A stretch of DNA of 64,000 bases. Origin: Promethearchaeota archaeon (GTDB lineage Archaea > Asgardarchaeota > Lokiarchaeia > Sigyniarchaeales > SOKP01). The notes below the pieces were generated by a model. That model was not told where the DNA came from and made no database searches. It saw only the letters and a list, made by a program, of their open reading frames with translations. The position numbers were made by a program, and so were the translations under genes. Every line of letters begins with the position of its first letter. Position 1 is the stretch's first letter. Positions 37,930 through 46,671 of the stretch are shown one piece after another. The stretch covers positions 1-64,000 of the forward strand of contig JBHLNT010000005.1 in the NCBI GenBank assembly GCA_048941265.1. The letters run 5' to 3'.

Positions 37930-40620
37930 TTGATTGTTAATTTAAAAAATACCAAAAGGCGAGATGAAATTCAATTAGGGGGTAAAGCTGTTAATCTTGG
38001 TAAGCTAATTCAGAATGATTTTGGTGTTCCTAAAGGATTTGTTATCACCACAGAAGCATACTCGTTATTCCTCAAAAATAGTAATTTAGTTGAATTGATT
38101 AATAACAAGTTATCTAAAGTTAATTACTCCAATTATGATACTATAGAAAGTTGCTCTAATGAAATTCAAGAGGCAATAAAAAAAAGTACTCTACCATTAG
38201 AGATGGTTGAAAGAATTAAAGAGGCCTACGATAATCTATATACTACCAGTGTCGCAGTACGATCATCAGCAACGGCAGAAGATATGCCATCAGCCTCTTT
38301 TGCCGGGCAATACGATACATTCCTAAATTTAAAGACGCTTGGGCAAGTAACTCAGAACATAAAGTCCTGTTATGCCTCTCTCTGGACAAGTAGAGCAATT
38401 GCTTATAGGTATAAAAATCAGATCCCCCAACGTGGCGTTAAAATCGCAGTAATCATACAGGAGATGATTCCTGCGAAATCTTCCGGTGTACTTTTTACAA
38501 TGAATCCTGTTTCAATGAATAAAAAAGAATTGATAATTGAATCTAATTACGGATTAGGTGAATCTATTGTAACGGGCCAATGCAGTCCCGATCAATTTTT
38601 AGTCAAGAGAGAAAGGCAACACGGAACCGAGGAATTTACAATTTTAGATATACAAATAGGGAAAAAGAATGTTGCGGTATATCCGAATACTTTAGAATCT
38701 GAAAGTGGAACGGTTTTAATTGAACTTACCGAAAATGAGAATAAATGCTCCTCTTTAACGAATCAACAAATAATTCGTCTTTCCCAGATCGGTTCTCAAA
38801 TTGAAGAGCTTTTTAAAGCACCTCAAGATATAGAATGGGCTATAAGTCAGGACGATAAAATATTTATTCTTCAATCTAGACCCATAACGTCTTTAGAACC
38901 TGTTAAACTTGAAGAAGTCATATATTGGACAAGAGGATACAGCGACGATTATTGGAATGATCCAGTCACTCCTTTATTCTTTGATTTATTGGGAGATCCT
39001 CTTACCAATATAGTGAGTGTAGAGCTTAATAGTATAATGGGTTATAAAGAAATTGACACGAAATTATTGAAATTATATAATGGCCATGTTTATTTCAATT
39101 TAAATGTCTTGCGGAATAGGGTCAAATACGAGATACCTAAAATTTTCCGAAATGAAGATCTTTTGAACTACTTTCCAGAAGGTTCCGGGCTATATGGCAA
39201 GGAAACAATGAAAAACCTCCCTTTCCGAATATTTAGGCGGATTTTTTCCGAAGTCCGTATCATGCTTTTTGATCCGAACGGATCGATGTCGAAAACGGCT
39301 CCTAAATATTACGAGTGGAGTGAGAACGAATTCGAACCTTTTTGCAAAGAATTTGATTTAAGACTCGATAAATTATCTAGAAATGGGGATCTTCTTGGAT
39401 TGGCCAACTTAGCATATGATCTCGATCGGGTGATGGTTACCCATTACCGTTTAATCCGGTACGGTCTTGCTGTCCATAATATAGGAATGAATCTGATGCT
39501 CCAATATCTTCTTACAAAATTTCTAGGGAAAGAAGATTCATTACATTATTATCCCGTATTGATTTCGGGATTAGAACATAAGTTAACTGAAACAAATGAT
39601 AATCTTCGGTATTTAGTATCTATTATCCAAAAGTCTCCCGAACTAAAATCAATAATTAATGAAAAAGATTCAGAGATTTTGTATGAGTATATCTCATCCG
39701 AAAAGAATCCCACAGTTCAGGCTTTTTATAAAGAATTTGAGGTTTTTTTGGAAAAATTCGGTGAACGTGGATTTACGAGAGAGGTATATTATCCTAGATG
39801 GAATGAGGAACCCCGATATGTATTTGATATCTTAAAAACTCTAATTAAGGATAAGGATGGAGACCACAAACAGATTAAAGAAAAACAATTAAAGTATAGA
39901 GAAACCATTGAAAAACTTGTGGAGGCAAAAATACGATCCCAGCGGTTTGGATTGACTAAATGGCTCTTATGCTCAAAAATTTTGGATTCAGCCCGTACAT
40001 ATTTAGTATTTCGGGAAGATCAGAGATATAATCTCGATCGCTGGACTTATAGAAATCGAAAAGTTTACTTGGAAATTGGTAAAATTTTCAAGCAAAAGGG
40101 GAAATTAGAGAAAACTGACGATATTTTTTTTCTACACAGAAGGGAAATTCAAAAACTATTGGAGCATTCGGATTTAGAAGTTTCATCTTTAATAAAAACA
40201 CGGAGGGATGATTTTTCTAAATATGAGTACACTATTCCTCCGAAATTTCTTCACGGATCCCGTGAATTTGATGATGTGTTTCAATATGATCAAGATTCTC
40301 TTTCCTTTAAAGGAATTCCTGCCAGTCAGGGCATCTTAACGTCAAAAATACGTGTAATTAACAAGATTGAAGAGATCTCAAGTGTTCAGATGGGAGAAAT
40401 CCTTATTGTTCCTAAAACAGATCCAGGTTGGACTCCTGTTTTTTCTAAACTTGGGGGATTAATAACTGAAACAGGAGGGATACTCTCACATGGAGCAGTT
40501 GTATCGCGTGAATACGGTATTCCAGCAGTTAGCAATATAACTAACGCTTGCCTGCTCTTTAAAACGGGTCAGGTTGTCACTATTAATGGATATAATGGGA
40601 CGGTTGTTATAAAAAAATAA
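37930..40620 (+). CDS. PEP-utilising phosphotransferase with rifampin-phosphotransferase-like architecture
   Basis: N-terminal ATP-grasp (GGKA, VAVRSSATAED, SFAGQ, DIEWA, LQSRPIT); central helical domain; C-terminal swivel domain TDPGWT...GGILSHGAVVSREYGIPAV. Confidence 0.88.
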   Translation: MIVNLKNTKRRDEIQLGGKAVNLGKLIQNDFGVPKGFVITTEAYSLFLKNSNLVELINNKLSKVNYSNYDTIESCSNEIQEAIKKSTLPLEMVERIKEAYDNLYTTSVAVRSSATAEDMPSASFAGQYDTFLNLKTLGQVTQNIKSCYASLWTSRAIAYRYKNQIPQRGVKIAVIIQEMIPAKSSGVLFTMNPVSMNKKELIIESNYGLGESIVTGQCSPDQFLVKRERQHGTEEFTILDIQIGKKNVAVYPNTLESESGTVLIELTENENKCSSLTNQQIIRLSQIGSQIEELFKAPQDIEWAISQDDKIFILQSRPITSLEPVKLEEVIYWTRGYSDDYWNDPVTPLFFDLLGDPLTNIVSVELNSIMGYKEIDTKLLKLYNGHVYFNLNVLRNRVKYEIPKIFRNEDLLNYFPEGSGLYGKETMKNLPFRIFRRIFSEVRIMLFDPNGSMSKTAPKYYEWSENEFEPFCKEFDLRLDKLSRNGDLLGLANLAYDLDRVMVTHYRLIRYGLAVHNIGMNLMLQYLLTKFLGKEDSLHYYPVLISGLEHKLTETNDNLRYLVSIIQKSPELKSIINEKDSEILYEYISSEKNPTVQAFYKEFEVFLEKFGERGFTREVYYPRWNEEPRYVFDILKTLIKDKDGDHKQIKEKQLKYRETIEKLVEAKIRSQRFGLTKWLLCSKILDSARTYLVFREDQRYNLDRWTYRNRKVYLEIGKIFKQKGKLEKTDDIFFLHRREIQKLLEHSDLEVSSLIKTRRDDFSKYEYTIPPKFLHGSREFDDVFQYDQDSLSFKGIPASQGILTSKIRVINKIEEISSVQMGEILIVPKTDPGWTPVFSKLGGLITETGGILSHGAVVSREYGIPAVSNITNACLLFKTGQVVTINGYNGTVVIKK

Positions 40621-40719
40621 CACATTTTTCTAAATTCCCACCATCATTTCCAGCAAATTTAAAAAATATTGAGTATTGAAAAGTAAAATACACTAAAAAT
40701 AAAATAGGTAAAGTGAAAA

Positions 40720-41553
40720 ATGAATCATATAGAAGGTGAATATGAGGGAATAGATGGTACTAAATTATATTATCAAGCGTGGATTCCTGAAACTCCCAAA
40801 GCTGTTGTGCAAGTCATCCACGGTTTTGCAGAACATTCCGGGAGATATAAAAATGTGGTAAATCAGTTAGTACCTAATGGTTATTTAATTTATGCTCACG
40901 ATCTTAGGGGTCATGGGAAATCTGAAGGTGATGAAAATTTTGTGGAGTCTATGGATCAATATGTCGAGGATGAGAAGAAATTTTATGATATGATAAAGCA
41001 AAAACATTCAAATCTAAAGATTTTCATGCTGGGTCATTCTATGGGATCTGGCATTGCTATGTATTTCACAAAAAAATACGGAAATCTCTTAGCTGGATTA
41101 ATTCTCTCTGGAACCGCAAAATATTTTGGAGGAGAGGCTGGTAAAGTTAAGAAGATTTTTGCAAAAAAGATGTCAAAGACTTTCCCTAAATTAAGAGCTA
41201 GTTCTGGAGTAGATCCTCAGCTTTTGAGCCATGATATTGAAGAAGTAGAAGCATACAAGAATGATCCATTAGTACATTATAAGAAGATCACAGCTCGGCT
41301 TGGATGGGAAATGATTAAAAGTTTTGAAGAAGCTACTGAAATCGTTGGGGACTTTAAACTCCCCGTTCTTATTCAAAGGGGAAGTGAAGATAATGTTATG
41401 ACAGGAACAGATGAATTAAAGGATGCATTTAGAACGAATGATTTAACATATAAAGTATACGATGGATTATACCACGAAATCTACAATGAATTAGAAAAAG
41501 ATCGCGCCAAAGTTTTAAAAGATTTAAATGATTGGCTGGATAAACATCTTTAA
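40720..41553 (+). CDS. Alpha/beta hydrolase (lysophospholipase/monoacylglycerol lipase-like)
   Basis: HGFAEHSGRY, DLRGHG, GHSMG, YHEIYNE. Confidence 0.92.
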   Translation: MNHIEGEYEGIDGTKLYYQAWIPETPKAVVQVIHGFAEHSGRYKNVVNQLVPNGYLIYAHDLRGHGKSEGDENFVESMDQYVEDEKKFYDMIKQKHSNLKIFMLGHSMGSGIAMYFTKKYGNLLAGLILSGTAKYFGGEAGKVKKIFAKKMSKTFPKLRASSGVDPQLLSHDIEEVEAYKNDPLVHYKKITARLGWEMIKSFEEATEIVGDFKLPVLIQRGSEDNVMTGTDELKDAFRTNDLTYKVYDGLYHEIYNELEKDRAKVLKDLNDWLDKHL

Positions 41554-41714
41554 ATTCTCTTTTCATTAGGGATAATTCCGATGGTAGAACATCCAGTAAT
41601 TTTATTTTCAAGATCAATCCAATTCCAATAGTATGCTTCACGCCACTTTTGAATCTCTCCGGGTTTATGGAGCAACTCATCTTCATCCTTTAGAATATTA
41701 TTTTTTATTTTCAA
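41550..41714 (-). pseudogene. Truncated paralog fragment of the neighbouring 41851-42840 protein
   Basis: Manual translation from TTG at 41714: ...EDELLHKPGEIQKWREAYYWNWIDLENKITGCSTIGIIPNEKRI*, resembling HKRESDHPEWNESYYLAFFNKEQNIGGVSRIGFKPN. Confidence 0.7.
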
Positions 41715-41850
41715 TTCTATCCTTTAGTAGAAGTCGTTTTTTGAAATTTTAAATAATTTAAAACCTTAAATTATTTAAACTTTTTAAACAACCATTCAAG
41801 ATGTTTTACTTAATGTTTTACACAAAAATGGAAATGAGAAGATTTTAAAG

Positions 41851-42840
41851 ATGGAACCAATCACTCATAAACGTGAGTCTGATCATCCAGAGTGGAATGA
41901 GTCTTATTATTTAGCATTTTTTAACAAAGAGCAGAATATTGGTGGAGTAAGTAGGATAGGATTTAAACCAAATAAAAAAGAAGGTATGACTTTTTTTTTT
42001 GTTTTTTTGCCCGATGGGACAGCCGCCATATATCATCAAGAAGAGGAAATTGATGATTATTTAAAATTACCGGCTGTGGGTGGGATGATTCATAATTGTC
42101 AACCAGATGGAAATTGGAATTATAATTTTCAGGGTAAGATGGTTTTTTTAAATAATCCAGAAGATCTGCCAAAGATTAGTGAACAATCCAAATTAAGTTT
42201 ATTATTTCAAGTAATTCGGAAAAAAATATACAAAAAACAAGTTAAAATGAGCCTTTCTTTTACTCCTATTAATGATGTATATGAATATAGCAAGTTTATG
42301 ACTCCCGAATCTTTAGAACTCGGAAAAAAAGCAGGAGATAAACACTGGGAACAAATAGCTATTGTATCTGGAGAAATTCAAATAGGAGATAAAAATTATA
42401 TTATCAAAAATACTATAGCACAAAGGGACCATACTTATGGGATTAGAGACTGGACAGGTGTCGGGAATTGGCTATATTATGTAATTTGGTTCAATAAAAA
42501 CTTGGCAATTAATCCTGCTGCTATAATAGCGGATGACGACCGTTTATCTACAGGCGGTTTTCTTTTTAAAGATGGAAAAAATATTCCATTAAAAACTATA
42601 CGGATTGTAGATCAGCAATTTCGGGAAGATGGTGTCTTACCGATCAGTTCAGAATTAGAGATTGTCGATTTTTCAGGACAAAAACATATTTTAAAAGCAC
42701 AAGTTGGACCTATTATTCCAGTCCCTTTTGAAGATAAAGGAGGAAATAAAGCTATTCTTGTTCAATCATTTGGAAGTTTTGAATTAGATGGCATTTCTGG
42801 AGGGTATGGAACTTTTGAAACATTAAGAAGAGTTAGTTAA
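41851..42840 (+). CDS. Conserved hypothetical beta-rich protein (AttH/tocopherol-cyclase-like)
   Basis: WNESYY, HWEQ, RDHTYGIRDW motifs. Confidence 0.6.
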   Translation: MEPITHKRESDHPEWNESYYLAFFNKEQNIGGVSRIGFKPNKKEGMTFFFVFLPDGTAAIYHQEEEIDDYLKLPAVGGMIHNCQPDGNWNYNFQGKMVFLNNPEDLPKISEQSKLSLLFQVIRKKIYKKQVKMSLSFTPINDVYEYSKFMTPESLELGKKAGDKHWEQIAIVSGEIQIGDKNYIIKNTIAQRDHTYGIRDWTGVGNWLYYVIWFNKNLAINPAAIIADDDRLSTGGFLFKDGKNIPLKTIRIVDQQFREDGVLPISSELEIVDFSGQKHILKAQVGPIIPVPFEDKGGNKAILVQSFGSFELDGISGGYGTFETLRRVS

Positions 42841-42972
42841 AAATAGAGAAATAGTTTTTCTTAAAAGATATGAAAAAGAAATTTAAAATATAAACGAATA
42901 AACATAAAATTAAATATGTTTTAGTTTTTATTATTCTTACAAAGAAAAATTAAGCGAGATGAATCTAATAGT

Positions 42973-43371
42973 ATGGTATCAAGATTAGACTTAGTTTTAA
43001 AAGAATTAAATGAAAACGGAAATTTTCGGGCCTCTTTGTTTTCAACTAGCACGGGCTTAGTTCTCGCTTCACAGAAAGCAGAAGATGTTGATGAGAGGGT
43101 TGTTGCTGCCATGGGAACGCTCTTGAGCGATGCGGCAATTAGCGCTGGTAAAGAAATGAATTTATCTGAAGCTCAAATAATGAAAATTTTTTATAAAAAA
43201 GACTATATAATCTGTAGAACAATATTTATGCCAGATGGCAAGACTCAATTTTTATTAGCTGTTCTATCAAAAACACCTGATAGTGATGATGTAGAGAAAT
43301 ATTTCGACCAACTCTTAGATTGGGCTGTAGAGAACTCTACACCTGATTTAGAAAAGCTCTCAAGTATATAA
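42973..43371 (+). CDS. Roadblock/LC7 (MglB/LAMTOR-like) domain protein
   Basis: ASLFSTSTGLVLAS...DERVVAAMGTLL pattern; 132 aa. Confidence 0.8.
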   Translation: MVSRLDLVLKELNENGNFRASLFSTSTGLVLASQKAEDVDERVVAAMGTLLSDAAISAGKEMNLSEAQIMKIFYKKDYIICRTIFMPDGKTQFLLAVLSKTPDSDDVEKYFDQLLDWAVENSTPDLEKLSSI

Positions 43372-43487
43372 ATAAAATCAAAGGTATTACTTCCATATTT
43401 TTTATCTTAAGAGCAGGCTTTCAAATCTAAAATAATTTATAATTTAGAATTGTAAATTATAAATATCTAATTTTCGTCCCAATATTT

Positions 43488-44525
43488 ATGAAAGCAGCTT
43501 TTATAAATGAACATGGTGGTTTGGAAAAAATTCAAATAGGGGAAGTGGAGGTTCCTGAAGTCGGTCCTAATGATGTACTTATTGAAACCAAATTTGGAGC
43601 ATTAAACCATTTAGATCTTTTTGTTATAAGGGGAATGCCGGGATTAACGTTATCTATGCCTCATGTGATCGGAGCGGATGGTAGTGGAATTATAAAAGAA
43701 GTGGGATCAGAAGTATCTACAGTTTCTAAAGGCGATAAAATTACTTTAAATCCTGGACTTAGCTGTGGAAAATGTAAAATGTGCCTTTCAGGACAACAAG
43801 TGCTATGTAAACAGTTTTCTATACTAGGGGAAGCTAACTGGGGTACTTTCGCTCGATACATTAAAATACCTGAAATAAATGTCTTAAAGATCCCTAAGGA
43901 TTATCCTTTTGATAAAGCTGCCGCGGCTCCTTTAACCTTTCTAACTGCTTGGAGGATGTTAACAACTCAAGCGAAAATCAAACATGATGAGTTTGTATTT
44001 ATTCATGGGGCAGGAGGGGGTGTATCTTCTGCTGCTATACAAATTGCTAAATATTTTGGAGCAAAGGTCATAGCAACAACTAGTAGCCCAGAAAAAATTG
44101 AAAAAGCAAAAGATTTGGGAGCAGATCATGTAATTAATTATAAAGAAACGAAAGATTATACAAAATATGTATTTACTGAATTAACTGATAGGCAAGGAAT
44201 AGATATTGTCATCGATAATGTTGGTCAAGCAACATTTCAGACGAGTATTCAGCTGTTAAGGCCGGGAGGGAGATTAATTACTTGTGGTGTAACTTCAGGT
44301 CCATTTACAAAAATCAATGTGACTAATATTTTCTGGAAACATTTAGAAATTAAGGGATCTACGATGGCAAATCAAGGAGATTTTCGGGAAGTAATGGAAT
44401 TAGTTTTAAAGGGGAGATTGAATCCAATTATCGATAAAGTATACCCTCTTGAAAAAGTGAGAGAAGCGGAGCAATATTTAAGTGAAGGAAACCAATTTGG
44501 GAAAGTCTTAATAGATATTTCCTAA
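43488..44525 (+). CDS. Zinc-binding dehydrogenase / quinone oxidoreductase (MDR family)
   Basis: LNHLD, CGKCKMC..G....C, HGAGGGV, GKVLI. Confidence 0.92.
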   Translation: MKAAFINEHGGLEKIQIGEVEVPEVGPNDVLIETKFGALNHLDLFVIRGMPGLTLSMPHVIGADGSGIIKEVGSEVSTVSKGDKITLNPGLSCGKCKMCLSGQQVLCKQFSILGEANWGTFARYIKIPEINVLKIPKDYPFDKAAAAPLTFLTAWRMLTTQAKIKHDEFVFIHGAGGGVSSAAIQIAKYFGAKVIATTSSPEKIEKAKDLGADHVINYKETKDYTKYVFTELTDRQGIDIVIDNVGQATFQTSIQLLRPGGRLITCGVTSGPFTKINVTNIFWKHLEIKGSTMANQGDFREVMELVLKGRLNPIIDKVYPLEKVREAEQYLSEGNQFGKVLIDIS

Positions 44526-44530
44526 TTTTT

Positions 44531-45196
44531 TTAGATTATAGATTGATAGAATTTAAAAATTTCCTCAGCAGCTTGGACATCGTACCCCCAATAAAAATGA
44601 TCAGCACCTTCTATGATTTTAAATTTCTTAGGGTTGTGATAAAATTCAAAATGGTCTTGAAATTTACTAAAACTAGCAACATCATCTCGATCTCCTTGTA
44701 TAAATAATTTAGGTTTATCTGATTGAGATAAGTTTTTATATTTTGTGCCCATAAAATCCCAAGGAAATGAAATGGAAGCATATCCAATGATTTTTTCGGA
44801 GTGATTTACTGCAGAACATCCTATAGCTGCTCCATATGAATATCCACAGAGTAAGATTTTCTCAATTTGTTTATTGTTGATCAAAAAATCGATGCAAGCT
44901 TTTACATCGCTTAATTCACCTCTTCCACTAGAATGCGAACCAGTGGATCTTCCAACGGCTCTAAAATTGAATCGTAAGCAAGAAATGTCATTACTCATAA
45001 ATTTAATAAAGACCGCAGACACTACATTGTTATGCATATTCCCCCCAAATTCCTCTAAATCGAGAGAATCTCAATTTATTTGAGGATGGGGGTGGCATAT
45101 AAGAACTGCGGAAGATTTATTTGAGCTTGATTCGTAATATTCTGCTTCCAGTTGATTATTATTATTAGGTATGAAAAAATTCTCAGTATTTCCCAT
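44531..45196 (-). CDS. Alpha/beta hydrolase (COG2945-like), split gene: exon 1 45196-45080, intron 45079-45050, exon 2 45049-44531; 211 aa when spliced
   Basis: Exon 1 MGNTENFFIP...LEAEYY...AVLICHPHPQ joins exon 2 FGGNMHNNVV...LRFNFRAVGRSTG...GYSYG...QGDRDD...GADHF. Confidence 0.85.
45050..45079 (-). other. Candidate BHB-type intron in a protein-coding gene (30 nt)
   Basis: CCTC-AA|A-TAAATTGAGA-TTC-TCTCGATTTA-GAGG-AA|T: 4-bp central helix, two 3-nt bulges, 10-bp inner stem; contains in-frame TGA. Confidence 0.8.
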
Positions 45197-45245
45197 AATA
45201 TTAATTAAGTATTGAAATTATAAAAATTATATAAAAGAGAAATCG

Positions 45246-46106
45246 ATGATTATGAGCTACAATAAAATCGTTATTGAGAAAAAATTGCGCGATTTTTTAG
45301 AAGAAGATTGTAATTTCATCGATGTCAGCACGATTAATATCCCCGAAGATGCAGAAGTTTCAGCAAAAATTATTGCTAAAAGCAGCGGTTTTATTTCTGG
45401 GCTTGAGGAATTAAAAATTTTATTTGATATGTTGAACGTCTCAACAAAATTCTTAAAAAAAGATGGAAAAAAGGTTAAAAAAGGAGAAATTGTAGTGGAA
45501 TTAAAAGGTAGTGCCATTAATATCCTATTAGGAGAAAGAGTGGGGCTAAATCTCATTACACATATGAGTGCCATTACAACTACTACTAGGAAATTTGTTA
45601 AGATTATTGATGAATCAGGCAAAAAAGTCAAAATAGCATGCACACGAAAAACTCTGCCTGGACTTCGAATTTTCGAAAAAAAGGCAGTAACTTTAGGCGG
45701 TGGTGATCCCCATAGATTTTCTTTAGATGATATGATTTTATTAAAAGATACCCATTTAAGGTATTATAAAGGAGATGTAGGAGAACTCCTTAACCATGTA
45801 AAAGAAACTGCGAGCTTTTCAAAAAAAATTGAAATTGAAGTTGAAAAACCTGACGATGCGTTAGTGGCAGCACAAAATGGCGCAGACATTATTATGCTTG
45901 ATAATATGACTCCCGATCAGGTTGAAGATGTAATGAAATTATTAAAAGAGCAGAATTTAAGGGAAAATATTATAATAGAAATTTCAGGGGGAATTAATGA
46001 AGATAATATAGTTGATTATCTGATTTCTTCGCCTGATATCATTAGTACAAGTGAATTAACCCAATTTCCTTCAGAAAAGTTGGATTTATCATTGCGATTC
46101 GATTAA
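45246..46106 (+). CDS. nadC: Nicotinate-nucleotide diphosphorylase (carboxylating)
   Basis: TRKTLPGLR, HRFSLDDMILLKDTH, IEIEVE, IMLDNM. Confidence 0.93.
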   Translation: MIMSYNKIVIEKKLRDFLEEDCNFIDVSTINIPEDAEVSAKIIAKSSGFISGLEELKILFDMLNVSTKFLKKDGKKVKKGEIVVELKGSAINILLGERVGLNLITHMSAITTTTRKFVKIIDESGKKVKIACTRKTLPGLRIFEKKAVTLGGGDPHRFSLDDMILLKDTHLRYYKGDVGELLNHVKETASFSKKIEIEVEKPDDALVAAQNGADIIMLDNMTPDQVEDVMKLLKEQNLRENIIIEISGGINEDNIVDYLISSPDIISTSELTQFPSEKLDLSLRFD

Positions 46107-46107
46107 A

Positions 46108-46500
46108 TTAATCAATAACGATCTCGTGAATTGAACTAATTACTTCTTTAATTTTAGATAAAGAATTTTTTAAATCTTTAATTAGACCAAATTCTCCTAC
46201 AGCTAAGATGAGTTCAATTTTTTTATCAACAATACGCCAATCAGTTATAGTCTTTATAATTTGTTTGTATTGAGAATAAATTTCAGCGATTTCATCAATT
46301 ATGACTTCTTTGAATGGATAAACCAGACTTATGGTCATAATTTTATAACCCTCTAAATTATCAAATTTCTCTTGATCTTCAATAAAATTTACTATTGCTC
46401 CTCTTAAGGCTTCGCTTTTTGAATTGAATCCGCTAACATTTCGCACCTTTTCAAATCGCTCTAATAAATCATCACTTATTTGTAGTGATATAATGGGCAT
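46108..46500 (-). CDS. NikR-like ribbon-helix-helix regulator
   Basis: IISLQISDDLLERFE...GFNSKSEALRGAI RHH followed by an ACT-like C-terminus. Confidence 0.75.
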   Translation of the reverse strand: MPIISLQISDDLLERFEKVRNVSGFNSKSEALRGAIVNFIEDQEKFDNLEGYKIMTISLVYPFKEVIIDEIAEIYSQYKQIIKTITDWRIVDKKIELILAVGEFGLIKDLKNSLSKIKEVISSIHEIVID

Positions 46501-46671
46501 TATAAACTCATATAGTTAAATTTTCTAATTAAGATTTATTCAACCCCAGTGGATTTTATTAATTCCTTAATTTTTTAAAATTATTTGTTTTTTCCCAAAA
46601 CTAATCAAAAGTTTTAATAATTTTTGAAAAAAACACTAAATTAAGCTGTAATATTTTATTTTTTTTGGAAA

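Noticed and set aside
41429-41686. 85-aa minus-strand ORF from the ORF track
   Set aside because: Wrong frame; the family-like sequence lies in the 41550-41714 frame.
45050-45079. In-frame TGA read as selenocysteine or by readthrough
   Set aside because: Readthrough would leave 10 extra residues splitting the conserved HPHPQ-FGGNM motif, and the TGA does not align to a Cys position. The exact BHB geometry explains the insert better.
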